A stretch of 41,265 bases of DNA from Octopus bimaculoides (Eukaryota): the NCBI RefSeq assembly GCF_001194135.2, contig NC_068987.1, forward strand, positions 89,057,322 through 89,098,586, in the 5' to 3' direction. The position numbers and the translations under genes were made by a program. A model generated the notes under the pieces. The model did not search any database. It had not been told where the DNA came from and worked only from the letters and a program-made list of their open reading frames with translations. Below, in pieces: positions 25,497 through 37,954 of this stretch (position 1 is its first letter; every line of letters starts with the position of its first letter).

Positions 25497-26270
25497 GATG
25501 TAAGAGAGTTAAGGAGAGGGAAATATTAGAGTTCAATATAAGAAGTTATTTTGGAAAAGAAAGCAAATAAGAAGTATATAGGGAAATAGGAGAATGAATA
25601 TAGAAATAAAAATAAAAATATATAAAGATGTTATAGTCGCAGTTCTATTATCTACGGAAAATGATGTGTAGAAGAGGTAGAAATGCTTCTTGCCCGTGGA
25701 ATGTAAATTCCAATAGGAGTTCATATTTTGTCATCACAAATGGAAAGGGTGGAGACGTAGATTCCATGTGCCGTTCATTCAAAGGGTTCTTGTGGTGTGA
25801 ATGAAAATTTGAGAATGTAGTGGTAGTATTGAGTGGATAGAGAAGGGAGAAGAGATGTGTATGTAAAAATGAAGAGAGGGGTCAAAGGAAAAGGTGAGAA
25901 AAGAAAAAGGAAAGAAAGAGGAATTGAAAATGAAAACAAGGAGAGAAAATGAAAATGAAAATAAAATAAAATGAAAATAAAAAGAAAGTGAAAAAAATGT
26001 GAAATGTTAGTTGGTGGTCAAGATATTATGAGGGGGTGGGAGAGGAGAAGGAAGGGGTAGGAATGTAAGATAAGAATGTAAGTAATGAATATGTGTGAGG
26101 TGTGTCAGGTGGGGAGATATGTTAGAATGGGACAGTGGGGTGGGTAAAGAAAAATGTAGAGGAGGGGAGCTTTCTAAAGTAGTAAACCACAAAACAGAAG
26201 GGAAGACTACTAAGAATGGTCAAGTTTCTATAAATAGACTTATGGGTTTATTCTACTGACTAATGTGATA
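25497..26270 (-). mobile_element. Probable decayed Penelope-like retroelement segment upstream of the hammerhead
   Basis: Strongly strand-asymmetric (pyrimidine-rich on minus) ~750 bp ending at the hammerhead motif; no clean coding motif recovered. Confidence 0.35.
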
Positions 26271-26501
26271 GTGTGGGTAGAGGAATCAGAGAGAAAGAAA
26301 GAAAGAAGTGTATAGCGATATACGCACGTATGAGCACAGGTGTGTGTGTACGCATTATTACATAGGCCTGCGTACTTGTGAATTCAAACCCGTACGTATG
26401 CATGCATATATGTACACATACACACACACATACATATACACGTATATACATATACACACATGCGCATGCATACACACACACACACATGCACACACACACA
26501 T

Positions 26502-26540
<39 letters not shown>

Positions 26541-26968
26541 NNNNNNNNNNNNNNNNNNNNNNNNNNNNNNNNNNNNNNNNNNNNNNNNNNNNNNNNNNNN
26601 NNNNNNNNNNNNNNNNNNNNNNNNNNNNNNNNNNNNNNNNNNNCACAGGCACGCATTTATATATATATATATATAGATAGATAGATAGATATACAGAGCA
26701 GGGAATCGTCAATTAGTAATAAAATTAATAATTAACAATTTTGCTGGGTAGCTCAGTATGAAAAATCCTTATCGGTAAAGCCATTTATAATCATAAATAT
26801 ATAGGGATTAGTTCTGTGTGTATCATAAATATCGCTATCAATCTAGAGAAAAATTTGTAGTTTTGGAATCAGTAGTTCTTTGGCTGCTATTTCTGAATTC
26901 TCAGTATGTTGGAAAAGCAGGTTTCTGCTAATCCCTATATATATATATATATATATACGAGAGGCTTA

Positions 26969-27217
26969 CAGTAATCCCTCGAGACTATCTCGGGTGTTAC
27001 GTTCTAAGTGAAAATTAGCGAAGTAGAAACAATACTGTATATATTTATTTATTTATTTATGTGTTTCAGCCAAGTGGCTGCGGTCATGCTGGTGCATATA
27101 TTTATATTTATATTTTTATAATTTGTATATATTTATTTTATTATAAATGCAAAATAACACCGCGGAGGAATTGATGTAAGCTTAAATAATAAACCGCGAT
27201 ATGGTGAAAGATTACTG
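26969..27217. mobile_element. pogo/Tigger-like MITE with TA TSD
   Basis: TA|CAGTAATCCCTCG...tatctcggg at the left end; ccgcgatatggtgaaagattactg|TA at the right end. Confidence 0.7.
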
Positions 27218-27648
27218 TATTTTCCGGCCCGAGATTATAGTAGAAGACACTTGCACAAGGTGCCACGCACTGGAACTGAACCCGGAACCATGTAGTTGGA
27301 AAACAAAACTTCTTACCACAAGCCGCTGGCATTCCTTATTTCCCATGACGTGACATTAATTTTGGGGTACTTTTTAAACAAGTGTTTAAAGTACCTTTTC
27401 TAATCGCCTCCTTAAAAGAACGGTTTCCTACGTTATAGTTGCTAACACTTACCACTTAATAGCGTGAAGCATGAAGGGTTGTCTTGCCTAAGTATCAAAG
27501 TATCCTGACTAAATTCGAAGTACCTAAATCACCGGAATGAGAAGGTTTGGCACGGCTAACTGGACAGTCAGCCCTGCTTTCGTCACGGTACTTTTCGGCG
27601 CTAGAGGCAAGTACACGCGCACGATCGCGCAGAAAAAAATACGCACAC

Positions 27649-27829
27649 AGGCGCAGGAGTGGCTGTGTGGTAAGTAGCTTGCTTACCAACCACATGGTTC
27701 CTGGTTCAATCCCACTGCGTGGCACCTTGGGCAAGTGTCTTCTACTATAGCCTCGGACCGACCAAAGCCTTGTGAGTGGATTTGGTAAACGGAAACTGAA
27801 AGAAGCCTGTCGTATATATACATACATAC

Positions 27830-27910
<81 letters not shown>

Positions 27911-28150
27911 TATGTATGTATGCATGTATGTATGTGTGTATATATTTGTATATCTGTGCTTGTCCTCCCCCAACATCGCTTGACAACCGATGCTGGTGTG
28001 TTTATGTCCCCGTCACTTAACGGTTCGGCAAGAGAGCCGATAGAATAAGTACTAGGCTTACAAAGAATAAGTCCTGCGGTTCAATTTGCTCGACTAAAAG
28101 CGGTGCTCCAGCATGGCCGCAGTCAAATGACTGAAACAAATAAAAGAATA
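27649..28150 (+). mobile_element. SINE family A, full length
   Basis: Complete head, (TA)/(TG)/(TATG) spacer, 3' half and A-rich tail; close to the 18134 copy. Confidence 0.95.
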
Positions 28151-28793
28151 TACAAGCAGAAAAAAAACCAGAGAAAGGAGGGAAGTAGAGAGATTACAAT
28201 TTATTAATTGAACACGCTTGACATGAACACCTTCACTCTACTTTATACGCATGAAACAAAAAAATACTCGCACACATATAAACAAAGGGAGAGAGGGGGA
28301 AACAGGGAGGAAGAGCGGGAACGAAAGAAACATTAACACATCTGATTCTAAATAAATCTGTCTTGGTGCAGCGATGCCAAATAAGCGGCACCAAAACGGC
28401 TGTGGGAAAACATCTCCAAACCCTACATGACAATTATGAAACGATGGAGTTATACCGGCTAATGAATGGCAAATGTGTGCTTTTTACAAAAGGAAATTAT
28501 CGATTTAAACTTTTAACGAAAGTAATTATCGATTTATAGGCAATAGATCGAACAAGTGGAAAGTTACCAGTTAAGAATAGATTACAAAAGTACACTTGCA
28601 TTGTCCGTTTTATTTGGATAACTTGTTAAATGTAAAAATGACTGCGAATGAGAGGTGTTAACTAACTTGAAAGAGTTAAGTTAAACGACTTGACTGGAAA
28701 TAAAATACAGCCCAAACACAGCTTCTTGGGTATTTAGTACTACTGAAGAGTGCGGTTAAATTAGGAAATAGCAAACAAAACAATTTCTTATTT

Positions 28794-29135
28794 AGGCGCA
28801 GGTGTGGTTGTGTGGTAAGAAGCTTGCTTCTCAACCACATGGTTCCAGGTTCAGTCTCTCTGTGTGGAACCTTGGGCAAGTATCTTCTAGTATAGCCTCG
28901 GGCTGACTAAAGCCTTATGAGTGGATTTGGTAGACAGAAACTAAAAGAAGCCCACGTGTATATCCGTGTCTTTGTGTCTGTGTTTGTCCCCTACCACTGC
29001 TTGACAACTGGTGCTGGTGTGTTTACGTTCTCGTAAATTAGCGGTTCGACAAGAAAGACCGACAGAGTAAGTACCAGGCTTTAAAAAAATGAATACTAGG
29101 ATCGATTAGTTCGACTAAACTTCTTCAAGGCGGTC
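28794..29135 (+). mobile_element. SINE family A variant, near full length
   Basis: aggcgcaggtgtggttgtgtggtaagaagcttgc head through gactaaac...caaggcggt. Confidence 0.9.
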
Positions 29136-29179
29136 GTTGCTGTTGTTATTGCTGTTGTTATTGCTCCAACAGTGGCGAG

Positions 29180-29385
29180 TTGACAGAATCGTTACTAAAG
29201 CCACACAAAATGATTGGTGGCATTTACGCCGGCTTTACGTTCTAAGTTCAAATTTCTGCTGGGTCAACTTTACCTTCCATCCTTTCGGGGTTGATAAAAT
29301 AAATCGGAGTCGTTGCAATCGACTAACACCTTCTGCCTAAAAATTGCTGGTCTTGTGCCAAAATTTGAAACCAGAATTGTTTAAT
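29180..29385 (+). mobile_element. SINE family B (diverged)
   Basis: agttgacagaatcgtta...gttctaagttcaaatt...ccttccatcctttcggggttgataaa. Confidence 0.75.
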
Positions 29386-29516
29386 CTCAAGTCGGCACTG
29401 ACCAAGCAGATCTACGACCCAAAATATTCAACCCATGACCAACCCTCTTTTTCTTTCTTTTTTTTTTTTGTTTGTTTGTTTGTTTGTTTTTGATAGTGTA
29501 TCACGAATTACATTAC

Positions 29517-29986
29517 TTAACAGTTTTGATACCAACCCGGCTGAAACCAGCTCTTGCTCTAAGTACAAATGTCTTGTTTCCAAAAGTTCTGAATTAAAAT
29601 CTTCCACCGAACCTTAGTCACAATTTATGTTCCTAACACTAGCTTAATGATAACTAAGTTATTTTACTAAATTCTTTGTTATATTTAAAATTAACTGAAG
29701 GAAACACAGAGCATCTCAGCAGAAGAATGGTGACAAAAGGGTTAACAAATGATTAACTTAACCTTTTTGATACCAACCTGACTGAAACCACTTCAGGCTC
29801 TGAGTACAAATGTCTTGTTTCCATAAGTTTTGAATTAAAATCTTCCACCAAACCTTAGTCACAATTTATATTCTTAACATTAGCTTAATGATAACTAAGT
29901 TATTTTACTAAATTCTTTGTTATATTTAAAATTGATTGAAATAAACACGGAGCATCTCAAAATAAATACAGTTACGAAAGGGTTAA
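29517..29986. mobile_element. Two tandem ~229-bp piggyBac-type MITE copies (TTAA-CC...GGG-TTAA)
   Basis: Copy 1 at 29517-29745 and copy 2 at 29758-29986; both bounded by TTAA and ending aaagggttaa; interiors clearly homologous. Confidence 0.85.
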
Positions 29987-30342
29987 TATATTCTCTTTTA
30001 AAAGAGTGAAAGAGTAGTTTGAGAGTGAATCGGTTACTATTTCTAACTGGTCGGGAGACCGCATAATGTGACGGTATAATTGTAAATGGTTGATTGTTGA
30101 AGATTAAGATACGGCACAGTGAAGATGTTGCATGTTAGAGAGGAGGCTGAGTGTCGCAGAGTTACAAAAATAAGTTGAAAGATATGTGATATATTAGGGA
30201 TTTTATCGGATCATTACGAAGTTTCACGACTGCGACAAGATGGAGTCAGTTTTGACGGAGAATATTTTGTCATAGAAGTCTGTTACTATATAGTGTGGGA
30301 GGAGAATGGTAAATCATACAAAGCTCACACGAAGTAAGTCGC

Positions 30343-30405
<63 letters not shown>

Positions 30406-30455
30406 NNNNNNNNNNTGTTTTTGTACAAATGTCTCATTATATAAATAATCCTTTC

Positions 30456-30650
30456 GGATCTTTTCAATCTGACGGGCAGATTTTTTTAATTAATTTCTCT
30501 TTAACTAAACACTTTCAAACTTCGGATACTGGTAGAATGTGTCACATAGAACAGGGTTTACTCTTAGCGTTGTTGACAAAATTTTGTATTTTAGAAGTTA
30601 TTTCAGGTTAAAGTTGTCTTTATTTGGATAATTTTAACCAATCAACGACG
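30456..30650 (+). mobile_element. Old diverged left arm of the GGATC-terminal MITE family, interrupted by a SINE
   Basis: ggatcttttcaat...aacactttcaaacttcggatactggtagaatgtgtcac...aaagttgtc...ttttaaccaatcaacgacgt parallels 5318-5500. Confidence 0.7.
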
Positions 30651-30654
30651 TGAC

Positions 30655-31030
30655 CGGTACTTAATTTATCGTTCCCGAAAAGATGAAAGGCAAAGTCGAC
30701 CTCGGTGGAATTTGAACTCAGAACGTAGCGGCAGACGAAATACCGCTAAGCATTTCGTCTGGCGTGCTAACGTTTCTGCCAGCTCACCGCCTTTCTTATT
30801 TTATAAATAATGGCTTCAAACTTTGCCACAAGGTCAGCGCGTTCGGGGGAAAGGATAAGTCGATAACATCGACCTCGGTACTCAATTAGAACTTATTTTA
30901 TCGACTCCGAAAGGATGAAAGGGAAAGTCGACCTCGATGGAATTTGAACTCAAAACGCGAAGACGGACTAAATGCCGCTAAGCATTTTGTCCGGTATGCT
31001 AACGATTCCGGCAGCTCGCCGCCTTGTCTC
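30655..31030 (-). mobile_element. Two adjacent SINE family B copies
   Basis: gaaaggcaaagtcgacctcggtggaatttgaactcagaacg...gccagctcaccgcc occurs twice (about 30655-30795 and 30820-31030). Confidence 0.9.
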
Positions 31031-31680
31031 AGTATATAAATAACTGTGCTAAAGTCGAATGAGGGCATTAACATTGGAAGCAAATGGGTTTATCTAAGCT
31101 GAATTCTTGTCTTAGAATTGGTGGCGAATTTGACAGGTTGAAGTAATAAATTTTCAGTGCAAATTCCGAGAACAATGGACGGAAACACGAAGACTGGGGT
31201 TTCGATCCTTCGTTGCGATTTCAGTGTGTATCTACTACATAAGTTCATACTTCATTGGACTCTCGATTGACGAAGATGTCTCACGTTATGTTAGCGAGAT
31301 TTACTTCACGATTGTTTGCTTCGAAATGAATATTGTGCTGACCCCTGCCCCAGAGCTGCCACAGCTGGCCTCTTGGTTTAATACTCAAACTCAAAAGTTG
31401 GACGGAACTATAAGGCTTTAGATGGCGGAATCGGTTCGGTAGAGCATCGGCCAAATTACATTATAGTGGTATTTATTTACGTTATTTTATGTTCCGGATT
31501 TAAATCATGTTGAAATCGACTTGACCTTTCAACATTGTAAGGTCATTAAAATAAGTACGAACCGAGAATTGTGATCGATATTAATCGACTATACCCTTAA
31601 AGCCGGTGCCCCAGCATGGCCAATATCCAATTATGAAAATCAATAAAAAAACCAAAAAGGTATACACATATAAAATATAT

Positions 31681-31695
31681 CGTCATCATCAGCAA

Positions 31696-31767
<72 letters not shown>
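31681..31767. repeat. (CAT)n trinucleotide microsatellite
   Basis: Directly visible; it is the source of the spurious poly-His and poly-Met ORFs. Confidence 0.95.
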
Positions 31768-31768
<1 letters not shown>

Positions 31769-31849
31769 TGTTCCCAGAAGACTCGTGTCAGTAGTGTTCT
31801 CAGGTATCTCTCATCCATAGGATCTTGTCAAAAGCAACCGTCATTGCAT

Positions 31850-32125
31850 TTATTAGCTAGATTCCTAAGCATGACCAACGGAGTTTTAAGGACATTACCT
31901 AACCATCTGGTTCTTAGTCCACTCCTAAGTCTCCTACCAGATGGTTTAAACTTTCTTGGCTTTCTTGCGGTATTCGAACTACAAGCCTGTAGCACCGGAG
32001 TTGTCACCTCTCAATGCCGAGAAGTAGCGACTCGATTTGGGAAACACCCTGCTGAGTTACGCGTCCGGTTGAGTAACGTTAGTCCTGAGAGCCTTATGGA
32101 GAATCCCATTCCAGCCGCTTGTAGT
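31850..32125 (-). mobile_element. RTE-clade LINE ORF2 C-terminal fragment (frameshifted)
   Basis: QAAGMGFSIRLSGLTLLNRTRNS / ESLLLGIER*QLRCYRLVVRIPQE / KPSGRRLRSGLRTRWLGNV match the RTE motifs AAEMGFLRRI.G.TLLDRVRS, LLLRIERSQLRWYGHV.RMP and GKRPRGRPRTRW. Confidence 0.85.
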
Positions 32126-32196
32126 TGAACACAAAATATTTTGAATTGTGTCTAAATAACAATAAAATACAGTAGGATGTAGTTTGAGGGAAATTT

Positions 32197-32558
32197 GGGC
32201 GATCTTTCGGTACGAGTTCCTAATTATCGGCCTTTTCCGTAAAAAGTGTTGGAGAGAAACAGGGAAACGACGTCATAACAGCGAAAGACATACAGAGAGT
32301 GCGATTTATTTTGAAGGGCTTAAAGTTAGGGTTAGGGTTAAGTTTACGGTTAGGTTTGGGTTTTAGGGTTTGCGTTAGGGAATTCCGTCCCTAACCGTAA
32401 CCCTTACCCTAATCCTAAACACTAACCCTAACCCTAAAACCCTAACCCTAAGACCCTAACCCTAGAACCCTAACCCTGACACTAAAACTATAACCCTAAC
32501 ACCGTAGTGAAGATCGTGCGGGTGTTATGGAAAAGGCCGATCTTTGGTAAAGATCGCC
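32197..32558. mobile_element. Fold-back element with degenerate telomeric palindrome in (TTAGGG)n-(CCCTAA)n orientation
   Basis: Arms ggcgatcttt...atcggccttttccgtaa and ttatggaaaaggccgat...aaagatcgcc; degenerate TTAGGG units at ~32326-32380 and CCCTAA units at ~32389-32500. Confidence 0.7.
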
Positions 32559-33999
32559 GAAGACACTTTTGGATCTTTGGGGTNNNNNNNNNNNNNNNNN
32601 NNNNNNNNNNNNNNNNNNNNNNNNNNNNNNNNNNNNNNNNNNNNNNNNNNNNNNNNNNNNNNNNNNNNNNNNNNNNNNNNNNNNNNNNNNNNNNNNNNNN
32701 NNNNNNNNNNNNNNNNNNNNNNNNNNNNNNNNNNNNNNNNNNNNNNNNNNNNNNNNNNNNNNNNNNNNNNNNNNNNNNNNNNNNNNNNNNNNNNNNNNNN
32801 NNNNNNNNNNNNNNNNNNNNNNNNNNNNNNNNNNNNNNNNNNNNNNNNNNNNNNNNNNNNNNNNNNNNNNNNNNNNNNNNNNNNNNNNNNNNNNNNNNNN
32901 NNNNNNNNNNNNNNNNNNNNNNNNNNNNNNNNNNNNNNNNNNNNNNNNNNNNNNNNNNNNNNNNNNNNNNNNNNNNNNNNNNNNNNNNNNNNNNNNNNNN
33001 NNNNNNNNNNNNNNNNNNNNNNNNNNNNNNNNNNNNNNNNNNNNNNNNNNNNNNNNNNNNNNNNNNNNNNNNNNNNNNNNNNNNNNNNNNNNNNNNNNNN
33101 NNNNNNNNNNNNNNNNNNNNNNNNNNNNNNNNNNNNNNNNNNNNNNNNNNNNNNNNNNNNNNNNNNNNNNNNNNNNNNNNNNNNNNNNNNNNNNNNNNNN
33201 NNNNNNNNNNNNNNNNNNNNNNNNNNNNNNNNNNNNNNNNNNNNNNNNNNNNNNNNNNNNNNNNNNNNNNNNNNNNNNNNNNNNNNNNNNNNNNNNNNNN
33301 NNNNNNNNNNNNNNNNNNNNNNNNNNNNNNNNNNNNNNNNNNNNNNNNNNNNNNNNNNNNNNNNNNNNNNNNNNNNNNNNNNNNTTTTTTTTTTTTTTTT
33401 TTTTTTCTTGTATAAATGTAAGAGAGATCGTAGAGGAGTTCAGGGAGTTGATTTTTCGCGAGGAATGAAATATTTTAATGTTTCGAACATATAAAATAAT
33501 GTTGCATTGAGGGTGAGAATCGAAACCTCACCTATTTAGTTATCAGTTAAAACCACTTCCGGTCGGGCGATGCACCCTGATTATCGATCAATCAGCTTGC
33601 AAAAGTATCGCTCCATATCATAAAACTTAATCGAATGTTCTATGATCTTTTCCCTTGCTTTCGTAGTATTAAGGCGAAAGCCCGTCAAGAACAACTGCAG
33701 AGGCTGAGAGAGCTACCTGAGAACACACCTCTTACCAACAGCAAGCCAGAGTGTAGCTCTGTATAAAAGAACACCGTCGAATTTTCCTTTATTGAAGTGA
33801 AAATAATCCCTCTTCATAATTTGGGACCACTTCTCGAACCTTACTAATCATTGCTACGGACATTAGTTACACTGTCAGCTCGATTCTAATCTCCTACATC
33901 TCCACCAGTAATCATTAGAAATTCATTTATATACAATAAATCTTGCAATAATATATTTTATTGTGTTCGCGTCTGTTCAGTATGGAACACCTCACAGCA

Positions 34000-34815
34000 C
34001 AGCAGTGAACCCGCGACAATGAGTTTTTAGAGAAAGCGGGGAGACAGCGAAAAAGAGAGAGAGGGTGAGAGATGGGAGAGGGAGGGTGAGAGATGGGAGA
34101 GGGAGGGTGAGTGGGAGGAAAATAGAGAGACCATAGAAGAGCTATTGCTTATATTACAAACGCTGTGAATGATAAATAAAGTAAAGGAGTAATGTGGAGG
34201 GGTTGCTGTCAGAGAAGGGAAAACTAGTGAGGGATAGTATGAATAACGAGGAAGGAGAAGGGTATAAAATATGAGAGAGGGACGGCCAAAATGTGTAGGA
34301 AGAGTCAGGTCAGTTGAAATAGGAGGAGGAGAGTAAAGGTGAGGTAGGAGATAAATGAGAATGCAAAGCAATAAGGAGAATGTGAAAAAGAACATACACA
34401 ATAAAATATAAACGCATATAAAACAAGGTGAGAAAGACAGGAAGGGAAGGAGAAGAGGGCGAAAGGTAGGGGCAGCAAGCAAATATTGAAGGGGTTGTCC
34501 GTAAACAGTTTTCCCATGGTAATTAGGGTTGTGCGTGAAGTGAAATGGTTCCAGTTAAAAATCGAAGCTGATCTGATCATTTGATCCTTCAAGAAGGCCC
34601 TATGTATCTGGATTAAAATTTGGATTTGGGAAATATCTAAATCCAAATCTTTCAAAAAATATTGCAACTGTGGAGCTGTTTTTATTGCACGTGTGTGAGG
34701 CCAATACACATATGCACATAAACTTTTGATGTGTATATGCACTCGCCTGCCAGCGACTTCTCCCAACAAATAAAATACATCCCTAATACTAGGCTCAAGC
34801 AACATATATCTCAAA
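34000..34815 (-). mobile_element. Possible decayed Penelope-like element 3' region
   Basis: Minus-strand ORF 34305-34814 has FYLLGEVAGRRVHIHIKS, loosely like GIY-YIG YIGET...RV..HK, followed by a long pyrimidine-rich tail similar in character to 25500-26270. Confidence 0.3.
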
Positions 34816-34904
34816 TCATATCACAACGACATGCCAACCATCAGAATCACAACAGACCACACATACACTATACTAGAACCCCGAGAGAACCCAGTACTTA
34901 GACT

Positions 34905-35345
34905 ATTTTTCTATGTGGGCAATAAAGAAATAAGAAACGTTAGAACTCCGGGCGAAATGCATAGCGATATCTCGTCTGCCGTTACGTTCTGAGTTCAAAT
35001 TCCACCGAGATCAACTTTGTCTTTCATCGTTTCGGGGTCGATAAATTAAGTACCAGTTACTCACTGGGGTCGATATAATCGACTTAATCCCATTGTTTGT
35101 CCCCCTCTATGTTTAGCCTCTCTTGTGGGCAATAAAGAAATAAGAAGCGTTAGCACGCCGGGAGAAATGCTAAGCGGTATTTCGTCTGCTTTTACCTTCT
35201 GAGTTGAAATTTCGCCGAGGTCGACTTTGCCTTTTATCCTTTCGGGATCGATAAATTAAGTACCAGTTGCGTACTGAGTCGATCTAATCGACTGGCCCCC
35301 TCCCCAAAAATTTCGGACTTTGTGCCTCGAGCAAAAAGTATATTA
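34905..35345 (+). mobile_element. Tandem SINE family B copies
   Basis: aaacgttag...ttctgagttcaaattcc...tttcggggtcgataaattaagtaccagtt occurs twice head-to-tail; tgtgggcaataaagaaataagaa precedes each copy. Confidence 0.9.
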
Positions 35346-35871
35346 TTACAATATCATCTGATCTGAACTATTGACTTTGATTTTTAAAAACATCTTTTAT
35401 CTCATTATTCTATTTATCTATCTATTTATTTATTTATTTATTGCCTTATTTAATTATATTTTAGACTTTTGTATTTTTGCCGAGGTTCAATTAGTTCATT
35501 TGCCGTTTTGTGAAGTTCAAATACGTAAACTTGCCAATCTTAGGATGCCAAAATACTGTTTTAAGCGCGTTTGTTTGTCTTAACTTTTGTTTATTTATTT
35601 ATTTTACTTGTTTCAGTCATGTGACTGCGATCCTTGAAGGGTTTAGCCAAACAAATCGACCCCCTGTACTTATTTTTAAGTGTAGCATTTATTCTATCAT
35701 TCTCTTTTGCCAAACTGGTGAGTTACGAGGATGTAAACAAACCAATACCAGTTGTCAAACACACAAAGGCACGCACGTATGCATACAACATACATACATA
35801 CGTACATACATACCTATAACTATATCTATATATATCAATCAATTAATCTATACACACAAACACACATTCTT

Positions 35872-36252
35872 GTAGTTGTTTCAGTCATTTGACTGCGGCC
35901 ATGCTGGAGCACCGCTTTTAGTCGAACAAATCAGCCCCTGGATTTATTCTTTGTAAGCCTGGTACTTATTCTATCGATCTCCTTTACCGAACCGCTAAGT
36001 TACGTGGACGTATACACACCAGCATCGGTTGTCAAGTGATGGTAGGAGGACAAACAAAGACACACAAACGTATATATATATATAATATATACGACGGGCT
36101 TCTTTCAGATTCCCTCTACCAAATCCACTCACAAGGCTTTGGTCGGCCCGAGGCTATAGTAGAAGACACTTGTCCAAGGTGCCACGCAGTGGGATTAAAC
36201 CTGGAACCATGTAACTGGTAAGCTAGCTACTTACCACACAGCCACTCCTGCG
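35872..36252 (-). mobile_element. SINE family A, full length
   Basis: Reverse complement of the complete consensus ending ccacacagccactcctgcg. Confidence 0.95.
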
Positions 36253-36254
36253 TT

Positions 36255-36329
<75 letters not shown>

Positions 36330-36449
36330 NNNNNNNNNNNNNNNNNNNNNNNNNNNNNNNNNNNNNNNNNNNNNNNNNNNNNNNNNNNNNNNNNNNNNNN
36401 NNNNNNNNNNNNNNNNNNNNNNNNNNNNNNNNNNNNNNNNNNNNNNNNC

Positions 36450-36605
36450 ACACAGTTTCCGTCTACCAAATTCGCTCACAAATCATTGGTCGACTCGGCA
36501 CTATGGTAGAAGGCACTCGACCAAGATGCCGCGCAGTGGGGCGGAACCCGAAACCACGTGGTTGCAAAGCGAGTTTCTTAACCACACAGCCATGCTTACA
36601 GCCAT
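36450..36605 (-). mobile_element. SINE family A head
   Basis: gtttccgtctaccaaa...gaacccgaaaccacgtggtt...ttaaccacacagccatgc. Confidence 0.85.
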
Positions 36606-36699
36606 AATTAAAAGACTAATCATCGCGGCCACACTCAAATGAAATTAAAAAATCGTGTATGTTTTCGTAGTTGTGTTCATAATCGATCGCATTTTTAAA

Positions 36700-37452
36700 C
36701 AAAATTTTAGGGACTAAATCTCAGTCAGCTCCTATACTCAGTTTATCAAAGTTGGCTGCAAAAACTGAAATATCGTCGACAGATGCACAAAGGGTGACTG
36801 AAACTACTAAACAAGTTTTGAAAGATATAAGGAATAACGATTTATTGGCAATTTTCTGTGATGATATTGTACCGCTGGCATGAACTCACTATTTCGCACC
36901 AGTATCTGTTTTCCTACCAAAGTGAAAGGACCCTAAGTAAAAACTGGAATGGGTAATGAGGAAGATGTATTAGAAGAGACCATTACAGATACTTTGCCTT
37001 TTTTAGCTTTAGATAAATTAATCCTTTCTGAAGATCAAGACTTTGATTCAGGGGAGTTACAAGATATATAAGAAATATTTAATGCTGGATACATTGCTTC
37101 TGAGGGCAATTAGCAAATTTTATTAAGAAGAGATACGAAGATAAGTCGATGACACTAATTCTTTGATAGTTCATCTTTCGGCGATTGAAGTTTCTAACGA
37201 CAGAGATTTCTGATATTTAACTGACATCACTGACCATCTGAAGGAAAAAGTAATCGATATCAAATATCTAGTATCAGAGATTTGTACAATATGCCAACAT
37301 TTACTGGTAAATACTGTGCAATCTGCTCCGGCTGAACGAACATTTATTCAAGCCAATTGATTAAAGATAAAGTTTTGCCTTCGGTCCAGAATGACGCAAT
37401 AGCGATTCAGTTCTCTAACCAGACTTTCGTATCATAGAAAATAAAAACAGAC
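36700..37452 (+). pseudogene. Decayed hAT-superfamily transposase, C-terminal half with dimerisation domain
   Basis: SLSKLAAKTEISSTDAQRVTETTKQVLKDIRNND at ~36740, and SEICTICQHLLVNTVQSAPAERTFIQAN*LKIKFCLRSRMTQ*RFSSL at 37274-37440, match the hAT motifs P.TS...ERSFS and LRS.M.Q.R; multiple stops. Confidence 0.85.
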
Positions 37453-37911
37453 AAATAACTCTAATTACAGTGGCATCGAAATTTACTTCATGAAATGAGA
37501 ATCAACCAAAGAATTTTGGCAGATTCTGACTAGCAGGGTGGAAAATTGAGGTAAAACACAAAGTTTTATAATTACGACTGTTTTTTCACTGGCAACCTAT
37601 AATTGAGGTTTTACACCACATAATTACAAATTTCAATCAATGCCTTCCAACTCTTCCAGTCATGAAGTAACACGTGTTACAATAATAGAAAAATCATTCA
37701 TTTTGTTTTCCGTATCCGTCATTACGGTCGATAACATCTTTTAGCATTAATTTACCCTTTAAACACAATTTTAACGTATAGACGTTAACAAATTGTCTTA
37801 TAGCATGTTAACATTTATTTTTATATAATTCCACTACCAAAAAATATTGTATTTCATGGCATCTAAAACATATTTTCTCTCACCAAGTCATCTCCAACAA
37901 CGGTGGTAGCG

Positions 37912-37954
37912 TTGCTAAATACGCATTTTTGCCTCTGGGCTTCGTCAGTAGCAA
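37912..37954 (-). ncRNA. Degenerate minimal hammerhead motif (left copy of inverted pair)
   Basis: UUGCUA-CUGACGA-A-GCC-CAGA-GGC-A-AAAAU-GCGU-AUU-UAGCAA: perfect 6-bp stem I and 3-bp stem II; G12 and C17 mutated. Confidence 0.65.

Noticed and set aside
28743-28772. CTGAAGA...GGAAATAGC
   Set aside because: No pairing for stem II or stem I.
31597-31818. Poly-Met and poly-His ORFs
   Set aside because: Simple (CAT)n repeat.
32085-32112. CTGAGAGCCTTATGGAGAA hammerhead-like string
   Set aside because: Lacks N7 and lies within the antisense of the RTE coding fragment.
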